Origin: Octopus bimaculoides
Taxonomy: Eukaryota
Length of the DNA: 35,984 nucleotides
Reading direction: 5' to 3'
Assembly: GCF_001194135.2 (NCBI RefSeq)
Contig: NC_068988.1
Span: 74,937,838 to 74,973,821, forward strand
In this document: in pieces, positions 22,979 through 35,930 of the stretch
How positions within the stretch are numbered: the stretch's first letter is position 1
Layout of the letters: every line of letters starts with the position of its first letter
The notes under the pieces: generated by a model
What the model was told of the DNA's origin: nothing
Seen by the model: only the letters and a program-made list of their open reading frames with translations
Database searches by the model: none
Made by a program: the position numbers and the translations under genes

Positions 22979-23229
22979 TGAAAAAGAGAGAGAGAGAATG
23001 ACAGTGTAAAATTTACTTAGCTACTTATGCATACATGCAAAAAAAATTGTCATGAGAACACACACCTTCACTCAGTGACTGACTTTTTCTCTCTCCCTCA
23101 CATGCACACATATAAAAAAACATATATGCATATGTATTTATGCATGTATGTGTATACAACAGATAATGGGTGTACGTATGTGTTTATGTGCATGTGTGAT
23201 TTTACACATACATTTTACACATACATGAT

Positions 23230-23446
23230 AACACTTCTCTCTCTCTCTTAGTCAATCACTCACACACTCACTAAAAAAAGATGCAAGAAAAACTAAATAA
23301 ATAAATTTACGCTATCACTCTCTCCCTCTCTCTCTCCGCAACACACACTTCTCTCTCTGACAACACCACTCTCTCTCTCTCTTTCTCTCAGTCAAACATA
23401 CACTAAAAAGAGATGCAAAAAAATGTAAATAAATAAATTTATGCTA

Positions 23447-23516
<70 letters not shown>

Positions 23517-23544
23517 TCTCTCTCTCTCTNNNNNNNNNNTGCTA

Positions 23545-23614
<70 letters not shown>

Positions 23615-23800
23615 TCTCTCTCTCTCTCAGTTAATCAGCCACACATTCACTCAAAAAAGATGCAAGCAAAAAAAATGTATGCTGTCACTCTCTCTTTCCC
23701 TTACACACACACACACACACACACACACGCAACAACAAAAACACACACCTTCTCTCTCTCTCTCTTTCTTTCTCACATGCACAACACACACTCTAAATTT
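23230..23800. repeat. minisatellite of ~130-bp units built on (CT)n/(CA)n
   Basis: Unit AAAAAAGATGCAA..TAAATAAATAAATTTA(C/T)GCTATCACTCTC recurs near 23275, 23405, 23540 and 23653; part flanks a 10-N gap. Confidence 0.7.
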
Positions 23801-23885
23801 ATTATTCAGTTTTCAATGAGGTAAAATCTAAAATTATCGACACATTAATTAGCGTAATATCAGAGCCTGGAGAAAACATGGATTA

Positions 23886-24729
23886 CATGGGAAAATGCAA
23901 GCAAGAGAAATAATATTCTTAAGAGTATGAACCTGGAAAAGTACAGGATAAGTTATTACACTTGGAAAAGTTCAGGACAAGTTATTACATCTGGTAAAGT
24001 ACAGAACAAGAAAATAAAATATTGCAGCTAAGGATAAAATTTGAATATTAAAAATTATTTGATTTTAATCTACAAAGTAACATTATAATTAAAAAAAGGT
24101 ACCATCACTTTGTTAAAATGTTGAAACACTAGAATACTTAAAAAAATAAGAGCCAGAAGTACCAATATAGCTAAAGTTTTATGCAAAGTAGAATAGTATA
24201 TATGGTAGGCAAATTCATTATGTAAAAAATAGGCATTGGGTCAAAACTAAGAATGTGAAGACTCAGCAATAACTTAGGCAATATCTCTAACAAACTTTAC
24301 TGTGAACTTGTTATAGGTAAATTTTACTGAAATATATAACTAATTTTTGTATTATTCTATTTATTGTACTAACTAATTATGAACTACTACTATTTTTTAA
24401 AACCTATTTTCATATTTCTAATTATTAATTAATAATTTAAAAAATTTTGTTTTTAAAGAGCAAAAAATATTTTAATTGAGTTATTTTTAATATTTAATAG
24501 AAGTAACAAGTAATAACAAACAGAAGTAATAACTTGCAATAAAATTTTTAGTTTTAATAAAAGAAATATTTTCTAAATCTAAATGTTTAATTTGAAATTT
24601 TATCCTTAGCCGCAATATTTTAAGTTGAAATTTTCTTGTTCTTTACTTTACCAGATGTAATAACTTGTCCTGAACTTTTCCAGTTTATAATCTTAAGAAT
24701 ATTATTTCTCTTGCTTGCATTTTCCCAAG
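23886..24729. mobile_element. 844-bp AT-rich MITE with long (~150-bp) TIRs
   Basis: TA|C(A/T)TGGGAAAATGCAAGCAAGAGAAATAATATTCTTAAG is mirrored at both ends; no coding sequence. Confidence 0.8.
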
Positions 24730-24731
24730 TA

Positions 24732-25096
24732 CTATATATATGTATGTGTGTGTGTCTACCTATGGATGTATGTATATCTGTATGTACAACTGGAACACTT
24801 GTTGTAACCAATGGAGTGCCAATAAAACAAAAAATGAAAATATACATATTTGTACACACACACATATATACACATGTACAACATACACACACATACATAC
24901 ACACATATATACACACATACATGGATATATATACACATTGATATGCATGTACATACATACACATGTTTATACACTCACATACACAATATAGAGAGATATA
25001 CACATGCATATAACATATACACTGATGAATACATACATACATCCATGGGTAGATATACATGCATACAAACAAATATAAATATATACATACACACAT
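24732..25096. repeat. degenerate (TACA)/(CA)/(TA) microsatellite tract
   Basis: Direct reading. Confidence 0.85.
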
Positions 25097-25943
25097 AAGC
25101 ATGGGCTTGGGTTTGCAGTCCCCTTCACAATTTCCTCTCAGAAGCAATGTTATCCTATCTTTTGCAGCTTTGAATGCTGGCATTAAAGATTCTTCTCTCG
25201 CAATAAAAGTCCTTGAAGGCATTCATTTCCAAAATAGGGCCATCTCACCCACATTAAATATTTGAGATGGCATAAAGCTTTCTTCAATCAAATCTTCAAA
25301 TTGGCGAGGAAAACTTTCTGCAGCTTTTAGATCTGCACCAAATGATTCTCCTTGGATCTTCACATTGAATAGATTTGCTTGTTTTTTTTAATGATCGAAC
25401 CAACCATTGCTCGCTACAAATATTTTATTTGATCCATCTCATTAATCTAAGCTGTCAAAAGTTTTTCTGTGCATGAAGTTAAACTTCCATTATCTTTTCT
25501 TCATAATCAAGTTGAATTTAGAGAATGACTTCCTTTAACTTTATTTAAATAATCTTCTTTTTGCTTCAAGATGGTACAAACAGATGAAAGAGCAAATCTT
25601 TAACAGTTGCACATTTTTCATGTTGTTTAATCAATTCATATTTTATTTCTAAAGTAATTGCTTTATTTTTCTTCTTGTCCTTGCTTTGAATCTCAAAACA
25701 ATAAAGACACATAAAAAATTAAAAGAAAAGATGAATGCAATGAAGGAAGATAAAATGCAGGCTAGCATGAAGGAAATCACACTTCAAATCCAAAAAGCAG
25801 CTGCAGGCAATCACTTGAGGCAACAAGTGCTACCAGATCGGAAGTGATGCTCGTTGCCATGGTAACCAATTTTTGGTTTTTCATCTACAATTTGCAAAGA
25901 TGAGGTTTTGTAAATCGGGGTTATATAAAATGAGGTATGCCTG
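25097..25943 (-). mobile_element. Tigger/pogo transposon, 5' part with transposase pseudogene
   Basis: 5' TIR CAGGCATACCTCATTTTAT (Tigger1-like) with TA; AITLEIKYELIK, ASNGWFDH, IFNVGEMALFWK, MPSRTFIAREE..FKAAKDRITLLL. Truncated at a microsatellite. Confidence 0.88.
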
Positions 25944-26135
25944 TATATATATACATACATACAGGCATACATACACACATACATATAGATATATATATAT
26001 TTTATTACTTTACCTCCGGTATTCGAGTACTATTTTCTTCCACCTTGTTTCAATATATATATATATATATATANNNNNNNNNNNNNNNNNNNNNNCACAC
26101 ACACACACAAACATACATCTCCCATCTTATATATA

Positions 26136-29100
26136 TATATATAAGATGGGAGATGTATGTTTGTGTGTGTGTGTGTGTATGTCACTGACCATTAGGCTGA
26201 TCCCACGTAAAATCAATATTTTTCATCCAATTTCGTTCATGCTTGGCAAATACATCACTTATGTTCCACAGATGGTTCTACACTCTTTAAATTTCTCACT
26301 TATGGAGTAATATAGAGTAATAGGGCTTCAAGAGAAAGGGTCAGAAAAACCTCCATTTCTGATGTACAGTGACTATTGTGGGCAAGGGAGATAATTCTTT
26401 GTGAAGTAACATTCAGAAATTAATTATCTCGTTTACATTTGTATCCACCCCCTGCTACACTTTTTTGGTTGACAATCGGTGGATTGTACCCCACAACAAG
26501 ATGCTCTGCAAAACATTTCATGCACACATCAACGCAGAATTCTGTAATTCTGTCAAATCCATGCGTTACATATGTAAGTCCATTACCAAAGGATCAGACA
26601 GCCATTTTTCAAATAAAATCTACACAATCAGCAGATTTTACAAATGATGAAGTGATTCTTTTTGAAACTGGACAATGAAGCCATATGCAGAACCTTAGGA
26701 TTCCCAATTTATGAACGATACTCTCCTGTGATTCATCTCAGCATTCATTTGGAAAATAGGCAGCGAATTTACTTCACAGAAACAACCTCATTCAAGAAGC
26801 AGCTGCCTTGCCAAAGACCACTCTCACAACCTTCTTTCACCTATGCAAAGTCAACCCCTTCGCAAAGTCTATTTTGTATGCTGAAGTGCCACATTATTAT
26901 ACATGGAATCAATCATCGTTCCAGTGGCAACAACACAAATAAGGCCGGCCTACGCAGTTGGATCCAGCCGTGTACAAAGGCGGCACAATTGGACTTGTCT
27001 ACACAGTTCACCCCTTGAAATCTGAATTCTCCCATCTGCAGCTCTTACTTCATGTTCATTAAGGGACTGACCTTCTTTGACGACCTTCGCACAGTGGACG
27101 ACCACTTATGCAGCATTTTCAATGATTTCTGCTCCAAACGGGAACTTTTGGATATAGATGATCAATATGATAATGCACTCGAAGAGGCCTCTCTGTGTCG
27201 TTCTCCGCACAAGCTCCGACATCTTTTTGCAATAATGCTGGTTTTCTGCAACCTGACAGACACACATTCACTTCAGAATAAATACAAAGACACTTTGCTG
27301 CAGACTCGCGAAATCACAGGTAACGTTGACACTCCCACTACTCCTGCCATTTACAACAGAGGGCTTCTTCTCCTGGAAGACTTGGTCATAGAAATTGGAG
27401 GTCAACTATTGAATGCTTATTCTCTCAACAATCCAAACAGAAATGAAGACGCCTGTCCTAATCGCCTCATTCTCAGAGAAACTTCCTACAACATCCATAA
27501 ACTCAAACAGGACATTGCTGACAACGAATCCCTTCTGAATTCTGATCAAGCTGACGTATACAATTTTGTTCTCGCAGACACCTACACACACACTGGTGGA
27601 ATCATCTTCTTAGACACACTCGGTGGAACTGGAAAAATGTTCCTCCTGAATCATCTTGCGAAGTTGCGGCATAATGGTAACCTTACTATTGTTGTTGCCT
27701 CCTCAGGAATAGCCTTGACTCTTCTCAACAGTGGATGAACAGCACATGCTACCTTCAAATTGCCTTTCAATGTAGCTCATCAAAGAAACCCAATGTGCCA
27801 CATAATGCATTCCTCAGATGAAATGACAATTTTGAAGAAGTGCAAACTCATTGTTTGTGATGAAGCAACTATGTCCCATAAATGTTCCCTACAAGCACTT
27901 GACACCACAATGAGAGATCTTGAATCGAACAACAACATCCTTGGAGGTGCAACTCTACTTCTTGCAGGAGATCTTCGACAAACTCTGCCGATTATACCCG
28001 CTGATGAACTTAATGCCTGCTTTCAAAAAATCCCTCCTTTGGTCGCATATCCTACCGAAACAACTCACCATCAACATGAGATCATTCATACAGACTGGTC
28101 AGCCTACAACCCAGTTTTCAGAAATGGTCCTTAAAATAGGCAATGGATAAATTACGTCTGACAACAACTGATACATTGACACTACCGCCATTGACACTAC
28201 CACCAGCCTAATGTTCTGCTGTTTACTCAAATCTTACAACAGAATACATAAAACCAGATTGGCTTTGTGGCAGGGCTGTTCTTGCACCAACAAATGCAGC
28301 TGTCAACACTCTTAACTACAACTTACTCAGTCAGCTACCTTCTCAAGAATGTTGTTACAGATCAGTTGACACCATTACCAACCCTGATCAGGTTACACAC
28401 TTTCCAACAGAATTTCTCAACACCTAAGATCCTCCAGCACTCCTTCTCCATAAACTTCACTTAAAAGTTGATTGTCCTGTTATCCTCCTACGCAATCTAA
28501 ATTCACCCACACTATGCAATGGAGCTCGTCTTGTGGTCAAACAAATGATGGACCACATCACTGAAGCCCAAATTATCACAGGACACGACAAAAACGATAC
28601 TGTTTTCATTCCAAAAATTCCACTAAAACCAACAGACTGCTCCTACCCTATGCAGAGACTTCAGTTCCCTCTCAAACTCAGCTTCGCTATGACAATTCAA
28701 TTAACAAAGCACAAGGTCAGTCACAGAAAGTTGTTGGATTGGACCTTCAAATGTCATGCTTTTCACATGGGCAGTTCTACGTCAACATGAGATCATTCAT
28801 ACAGACTGGTCAGCCTACAACCCAAAGCAGCTCTAAGTATTTATTCTTCTATTGCAATCTTCACATCTACACCAAACTGTAGCCGTTAGCAATCAGACTT
28901 CCTGCAAGCATTCCCTTGATGTTTTTTTTTCTTTTCCCTGATTGCTGTTAACAGTACATTACCTTCAATGACCCTTCTTACTTCACACACGCTGTTCGCT
29001 AATAAGCATCCTCTGACATTTATTTTTGTACATTCCATTTTTCTATTTGTGTGTTTGTTATAAATGTTTGCTTTTCTTTATCATACATGACTTTCATTGA

Positions 29101-29440
29101 AAAAAAGCTTAAACGCAGTTGTCAGGTATTACGAGAAAATATGTACACGATACAAAACGCTTCAAGTAAGATATAGGATCCCTAATACCTACTGCAATTG
29201 CGATCTCATTTCATGGACTTTCATTTATTACTAACTGCCAAATTTGTATTCAGAAAAATTTATTCACTACCTAACTTGTTTAATACCATATCATAAACTG
29301 CTAACAAAAATGGTAGTTATACATTTTACACGTATCAACTTGAAACGACTTCTAACTGCAGGCTAATTCAACTGAAACCATCCACAGTAGTGCACCATTA
29401 TAATAAATTACACTGTCCAAAGGACGAGTGCATTTGCTAG
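26136..29440 (+). mobile_element. Helitron, internal-deletion derivative (end of Rep, linker, helicase)
   Basis: 3' hairpin CACTGTCC-AAA-GGACGAGTG then CATTTGCTAG|T at 29440. The 5' end (TA)nAAGATGGGAGATG(TG)n is obscured by a palindrome next to a gap. Confidence 0.88.
26440..28830 (+). pseudogene. Helitron RepHel pseudogene fragment
   Basis: DNRWIVPHN, AHINAEFC, HLENRQRIYF, GGTGKM (Walker A), IVCDEATM (Walker B), AGDLRQTLP, LRNLNSPTLCNG, QFPLKLSFAMTI. Confidence 0.92.
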
Positions 29441-30574
29441 TATATATATACATATATATATAGGGTGTGCATGAGTATGTGTGTATAAGTATATGTGTAC
29501 ATATATATATATATATATACATATACACTTATACACACATACTCATGCACACCCTATCCCTTGCGTATATGTACACAAACAAATATACACTTCGGCTTAT
29601 ACCCCTTCACACACGTTGATAAACATGCATATATATCCACTCATGCACACACACACAAAAATATACATACATAAACACATATATATAACCATTCACACAC
29701 ACGTACATAGACATGATCGTACCTCTGCACACATACTCATTCATACATGCACACATATACACATGTACATACACACACATATGTACACATGCACATACAT
29801 ACTCACACAAATACATTCCTTACACATAGATTCATATACTTAGACATGCATATATACAAATATGCACATACATTCACACATATATACATAACCACTACAC
29901 ACATGCAGTTATAATCACACACACACAGATATAGGTGCATGCACATGTACACATGTACAGACATGTGTGAATGCAAGGTATGAATGTCAAATGAAGTTTA
30001 AATAATGGTGATGATGGTATGGTGGCGGTGTGGTGGCAGTAGTGATACCAGTAAGTAATAGTGTTGTTGTTGATAATGGTGTTGATATTGGTGTTGGTGG
30101 TGGTGGCTGATGGTAACGTGGCCTAGCGATGGTGGTGTTCATGGTTAATAATGGTTAGTGGTGGTTGCAGTGATGTTGGAAATAGCTGTCTTGGCAGTAA
30201 TGTTCAGGATAGTAGCAGTAGTGATTGTGGTGGGTAGGGTGGGGTGAGCAGTAGAATGAAGCACATGGAGAGGAAAGTTAAGCAGCATGATAGAGTGTTG
30301 GGGGAAGTGGGAATGGAAACTGGTGATGAATGAGAAAAAGGTGAGGTGAAAGAGGGAGATAAAGAGAAAGAGAGAAAGGGCAGGAGGGAGAGAGAGAGAG
30401 AGAGGAGGTGTATATTTAAGGAGCAGGCCGAGGAATATTGAATAAACAGTTGTAAATAAAGAAAAAAGAAGAAAAACTAGAGAAAATGTGAAAGAAAACC
30501 TAAGAGATCTAAACAGGGTGATATACACACACTGACACACACACACACACACACTGACACACACACACACACAC
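29441..30574. repeat. simple-sequence tract: (CA/TA)n, (GTG/GTT)n, purine-rich
   Basis: Direct reading. Confidence 0.85.
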
Positions 30575-30674
30575 NNNNNNNNNNNNNNNNNNNNNNNNNN
30601 NNNNNNNNNNNNNNNNNNNNNNNNNNNNNNNNNNNNNNNNNNNNNNNNNNNNNNNNNNNNNNNNNNNNNNNNNN

Positions 30675-31090
30675 CGGAACGCTGAACTCCGGACTATCAA
30701 CTTAAACAACACTTTATTTAGGTGATAAATATATACATCTTTAGTTCTTGTTGTTACAGCTTATATGTGTGTGAGCATAGTTGTTAGGACGTTGTTATGT
30801 AGATGTGAGCGAGCTGTCGAGTGTAAGTCCGAAAGATGGAGAGTGACAGCTATACACGTAAAGAGACTGTCTCCAGGTTGGAATGTTAGAGACACTGCTT
30901 GACACGTCCATGCTCTATTGCTGGCCAGCAAGAAAGAGATAGAATTAAGCGGGAAAGCTTGCTTGTTTAATTCCACGCATGCGCATGGCGTTACTACACT
31001 TACATCAGTAAATGTGAGTAAACTTTTAGTGCGAACAGTAACGATTGAAGTTAAAGTGAAGAAAAAACTATGGCTACCGGAAGTTGACAT
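30675..31090. promoter_or_regulatory. candidate CpG-retaining promoter-like segment
   Basis: About 16 CpGs in ~410 bp; ACGCATGCGCAT (NRF1-like) at 30975, ATGGCG at 30985, ACCGGAAGT (ETS-like) at 31076; no recognised TE similarity. Confidence 0.3.
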
Positions 31091-32829
31091 TGAGGAACAT
31101 TTTTAAAGAAGTGAATCTTAAACACTCAATGCCCCTTCCCCACCTCACCCACCTATCATCCACCAGCTTTCAAAAGGCTAAAATCTCCCATTACTTTCAC
31201 TTTTGTCTGATGTTTCCCACATGCATAGAATACTACTGAAATAGTGGACTTAAAAAATACTTGACCATCACCAGAAAACCCAACATGCTAGAAACAACAG
31301 GTAAACGACATTATGTCTGAAGAAACTTCCCAAAAGTTCTTCCCACCAGCTTTCCAAAAAGCTAAAAGTGAAACATTGGAAGTGTGTAGCTTTTTGAAAG
31401 TGGTGATGTGATGGGTAAAATTCTTAAAGATTCGTACTCTCTGTTTTTTCTCCATGGATTACCAAGAATAAAAATTTGAAAAAAGTAAAAAATGAATTTG
31501 GTGTGGAGAAGGAGAAAAGGAAAATATTGAGAACGTGTTTTGTGGGTGAAATTGTAATCTCCTGTATCACAAACAAAGGAATCGGAAGAAATTTAGGAAA
31601 AAATAGGTGGGGGGAATGTCACCTCAGACATACTAGAAAGAAGAGGTAAAGGACAGAATTTCTGGGAAAACTTCCATTTAAGTTTATATTGAAGATCAGG
31701 TTTTTAAATATGCTCATCACAAACACAAATTACACAATGAAAAAAGATCATTTCAATTGGATTTGAGCTCTAAATTTGCACGTGCACACTGAAAGAAGTT
31801 ATTTTATGGCATTCTTTCATTTGAAGAAGCAAAGTTGTCAAGTCAACACATATGAGATCATATGATTGTTAATTTCCATAAAATTGTTTTAATTTCTATA
31901 TGCTTTGAAGAGAGCAGAAATTGAAAGAGAGGATAAAATGAAAAGGCGACATTTGCTTTGAAGTGAGAGGAGAAAGTGTAAGATGTCTGTGTATATGAAA
32001 TGGACATGTGTGTGAGAGAGAGAGAGAAAGAGAGAGTGAGTGAAGGTGTGTGTCATGATGTATGAATTTTCTTGCATGTATGTGCAAGTGGTACTCACTC
32101 GCACACTCTCTCTCGTTCTCTCTTTCACACACACACACATTATCTTTCATATACACATACATAAATAGGCGGTGGTAAAGAATACACACACTACCCATTT
32201 TCGGCATAACCCTAACCCTAAACACCGAGAGTGCGTATTCTTGACCTTCGCCCATAAATACATATGCATACATCTTTTGTGTGTGTGTGTGTGTGTGTGT
32301 GAGAGAGGCTGTATTTCCTCATAACATATAGAAAAATGGATGTCTTTTAATGCAATTTTTTGGTTGTGGCTTATTTTAGTAAAAATGTTTATGTGTACAT
32401 TTTCATAAATGTTTGACTGAGTAGAATTCTACGCATGTGTGAAACATCGGACGAAAGTGATAATTAGAAACAAATCAAAACATTGTCTGAAAATGACCTC
32501 AAAATTGTGCGACCCAACCTAGTTGCCGAGGTTATTTTAGTTGTAAAAAAGAGTTGTTGAGTCAAAAACATAGTTCATTTGGTAGATAGATAATAAGCAG
32601 CTTTCTTTATTATAATACACATGCGACTAATTCGGAGAAACATTACTTTCATTATTCACACATCGTCACTCTCATAATGCAACACTTTGTAATTTTGGTT
32701 CAAATTGAAAGTGTGAAACTATTTTCATTTTCTAATGAAACCTTGTAGTTGTAGAGAAGTGTATTTGAAATAACTATAGCTGGTTATTGAGATAACGTAG
32801 AAAATATGTAAATGAAAATAAAGTGTATT

Positions 32830-33330
32830 TGACATATGTTAATGATCTGATTGTTCTGGAAGGCGGTGAGCTGGCAGAATCGTTAGCATGTCAGGTAAAA
32901 TGCTTGTGTAGTATTTTGCCTGTCTTTACATTCTGAGTTCATATGCCACCGAGTTCAACTTTGCCTTTCATCCTTTCGGGTCGATTAAATTAAGTACCAG
33001 TGAGACACTAGGGTCGATGTAATCGACTGGCCCCCTCCCTCAAAATTTCAGGTCTTGTGCCTATAGTAGAAAGGATCTGATTGTTCTGGTCTTAACATCA
33101 GGTCATCCAGTTGCAGGTTCAATCTGAGGAGTATTGAAATAATACCCATCTTGTCCATTCTACAGAATAAGAGTATACTGGAGAGCATCATAAGAGGGAT
33201 GAGTCTGTGAAAACACGTTTAAGGTTGTTATCTCGAACATGAATGAGAATATCATGGTTTTCAATGGGATCACCAACCATAAGGATGGCTACTTCATTAG
33301 GTGTGGGCTCATAAAAACGGCGTAAAATGT
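32830..33330 (-). pseudogene. Helitron Rep N-terminal fragment interrupted by a SINE
   Basis: RRFYEPTPNEVAILMVGD..HDILIHVRDNNLKRV, frameshift, THPSYDALQYTLIL*NGQDGY; homologous to 16034-16300. Confidence 0.8.
32860..33073 (+). mobile_element. tRNA-derived SINE (family B) with a perfect TSD
   Basis: A box TGGCAGAATCG, B box GAGTTCATAT; TSD GATCTGATTGTTCTGG at 32844-32859 and 33074-33089. Confidence 0.92.
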
Positions 33331-34237
33331 TCTTTACTATATAGAGTTTACAATAGACGTAACAACACAGAAACACACACACTCATAGAATTGATAATAT
33401 TGAAAACAGCAAAACATACACGCACGAAGTTCAAGTGAAATGAAATGTAGTAAATATAGGTGCAAAACAAACTTTCTGTAGCATAGTTATGCTATAAAAA
33501 AAAAATGGAAAGTCACCACTTTAGCAAAAGTTAGTATGCATCACCAATGTAAGAAAGTACAGAAAGTCAACATTTATTTAGAACATGTACTAAATGTTAT
33601 AAAATTCACGATTGAATGAATGTCATAGTGAAGAAAGTGAAAGTTCAAGAATATTCAGAAGGCATAATTCAATTTTTCATACAAAAATAACTTATTTTAC
33701 AATTTGAAACGAACGCTGAACCAAGTGTATAAAAAGGAAGATGCTGCTGGGAATATTTGCTGAAGGATGTATGTAGCAAGATATAAATTAATTTGACATT
33801 ACTATATATTTTTGAACTGTGTAACACTATAGGCTGTAGAATAAATACTGTGTAACGCAGCAAAAAGGTTGTGTAACATTGATACTCACAGTGATGAAAA
33901 ATACAAGGACTGTTAAAAAAACATTATCTTGAAACTGGTTAGAAGGAAAGGAATAACATTTCTGTAATTATACTGAAAGAGCCGCTGAGGCTTTCTACTT
34001 CACCAAGTTTTTGAATTTGTTATAATAACCAGAATAATATATTTTTTTCAAATATATTTGCGAGCATTGTGAGTGGTGTTAAATCAGCCAAATCTTCATG
34101 TTGGTAGTACTTTAAAATGAACGTTGTTGTTTGTTGTTGTTGTCCAGGCCGCAAGTCAACTTTCAATATCAGCACGTTTCAGTTTGGTGGTGGGGTGGGG
34201 GAGTTACATACATAAACACACACAAACATACATTAAC

Positions 34238-34468
34238 GCACGCCTTCGGTTGAGCAAATCCACCCCAGGACTTATTCTTTGTAAGCCTAGTACCAATTCT
34301 ATCGATTTCTTTTGCCGAACTGCTAAGTTACGAAATCTACTGACAAGGCTTTGGTCAGGCTGAGGTTATAGTAGAAGACATTTGCCTAAAGTGCCATGCA
34401 GTGGGACTGAACCCAGAACCATGTGGTTGGTAAGCAAGCTACTTACCACATAGCAACTCCTGCACCTA
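34238..34468 (-). mobile_element. SINE family A with an internal deletion
   Basis: The 3' monomer is fused to the 5' monomer at TACG (34329-34332). Confidence 0.9.
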
Positions 34469-34469
34469 T

Positions 34470-34534
<65 letters not shown>

Positions 34535-34672
34535 CACATATATATCATCATCATCATTTAGCATCCATTTGTCCATGCTGNNNNNNNNNNTATATATATA
34601 TATATATATATATATGCATGTATATATATGTCTGTACATATATATATGTATATATATATATACACATATATA

Positions 34673-35149
34673 TCATCATCATCATTTAGCATCCATTTGT
34701 CCATGCTGGCATGGGTTGGACACTTTGACCAGGGTTGGTAAGCTGAGGGGCTCCACCAGATTCCATTCTTATTTGGCATGGCTACTACAAGCTGGATGCC
34801 CTTCCTAATGCCAACGACTCCGAGAATGTAATGAGTTCTTTTATGGGTCACTGGCATGAGTGTCAGTTGTGTGACACCAGTATCAGCCACGACTATGATT
34901 TCACTTGCCTTGATGGATCTTCCTTCTCAAGCACAGCATATTGCCAAAGGTCTTGGTCATTTGTCATTGCCTCCATGAGGCCCAGCACTCAAAAGGTGCT
35001 TTTTATGTGCCACCAGCGCAAGTGCTAGTTCTGTGACACATTGCTTCCATGAGGCATAATGCTCAAAAGGTGCTATTTACGTGCCACCGACTTGGGTGCT
35101 AGTTAAGTGACATTGACAACTGCCACAACTATGATTTTACTTGGTTTGA

Positions 35150-35150
<1 letters not shown>
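34673..35150 (-). mobile_element. RTE 3' UTR fragment with (GAT)n tail
   Basis: catcatcatcatttagcatccatttgtccatgctggcatgggttgg and gctggatgcccttcctaatgccaac; same modules as 1666-2040. Confidence 0.8.

Positions 35151-35228
<78 letters not shown>
35151..35228. repeat. (TA)n microsatellite
   Basis: Direct reading. Confidence 0.97.
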
Positions 35229-35231
<3 letters not shown>

Positions 35232-35264
35232 GTATGTATTAAATCAATAAATGAGTATTCTTTT

Positions 35265-35516
35265 ATTCATTTACTTATTTCCAGTCATTTGACTGCAGCC
35301 ATGCTGGAGCACTGCCTTAAAGAATTTTAGTCGAGCAAATCGACCCCAGGACTTATTCTTTGTAAGCCTAGTACTTATTCTATTGGTGTCTTTTGCCAAA
35401 CCACTAAGTTACAGGGACATAAACACACCAACATCGGTTATCAAGTGATGATGATGAAACCATTATTATTTGCCCAAGGTGCCATGCAGTAGGAATGAAC
35501 CCGGAACCATGTGGTT
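35265..35516 (-). mobile_element. SINE family A 3' monomer plus a 47-bp head fragment
   Basis: 35265-35450 is the 3' monomer; 35470-35516 is a B-box/CORE fragment. Confidence 0.85.
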
Positions 35517-35531
35517 CTCAGCAGCATGATA

Positions 35532-35930
35532 GGCGCAGGAGTGGCTGTGTGGTAAGTAGCTTGCTTACCAACAACATGGTTCCAGGTTCATTCCTACTGT
35601 GTGGCACCTTGGGCAAATGTCTTCTACTATAGCCTCGGGCCGACCAAAGCCTTGTGAGTGGATTTGGTAGACGGAAACTGAAAGAAGCCCGTCGTATACA
35701 TGTATATATATATGTATATGTGTGTATATGTTTGTGTGTCTGAGTTTGTCTCCCCAACATCTCTGGACAACCAATGCCGGTGTATTTACGTCTCTGTAAC
35801 TTAGCAGTTTGGCAAAATAGACAAATAGAATAAGTACTAGGCTTACAAAGAATAAGTCCTGTGCTCGATTTGATCGACTAAAGGCGGTGCTCCAGCATGG
35901 CCACAGTCAAATGACTGAAACAAGTAAAAG

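Noticed and set aside
24620-25098. His/Tyr/Ile/Cys-rich ORFs over microsatellites (also 29481-29843 and others)
   Set aside because: Low-complexity translation artefacts.
25935-25971. Short inverted repeat GTATGCCTGTAT/ATACAGGCATAC beside the Tigger TIR
   Set aside because: Only 12 bp and embedded in a (TACA)n tract, so chance is plausible.
31130-31620. Short direct and inverted motifs (CACCAGCTTTCAAAA.GCTA)
   Set aside because: Too short and degenerate to define an element.
34488-34707. Tandem duplications flanking 10-N gaps (also 23441-23628)
   Set aside because: Typical unmerged contig overlaps at scaffold gaps.
35532-35610. tRNA genes at SINE heads
   Set aside because: A and B boxes are present, but I could not fold a full cloverleaf and the heads run into SINE bodies.
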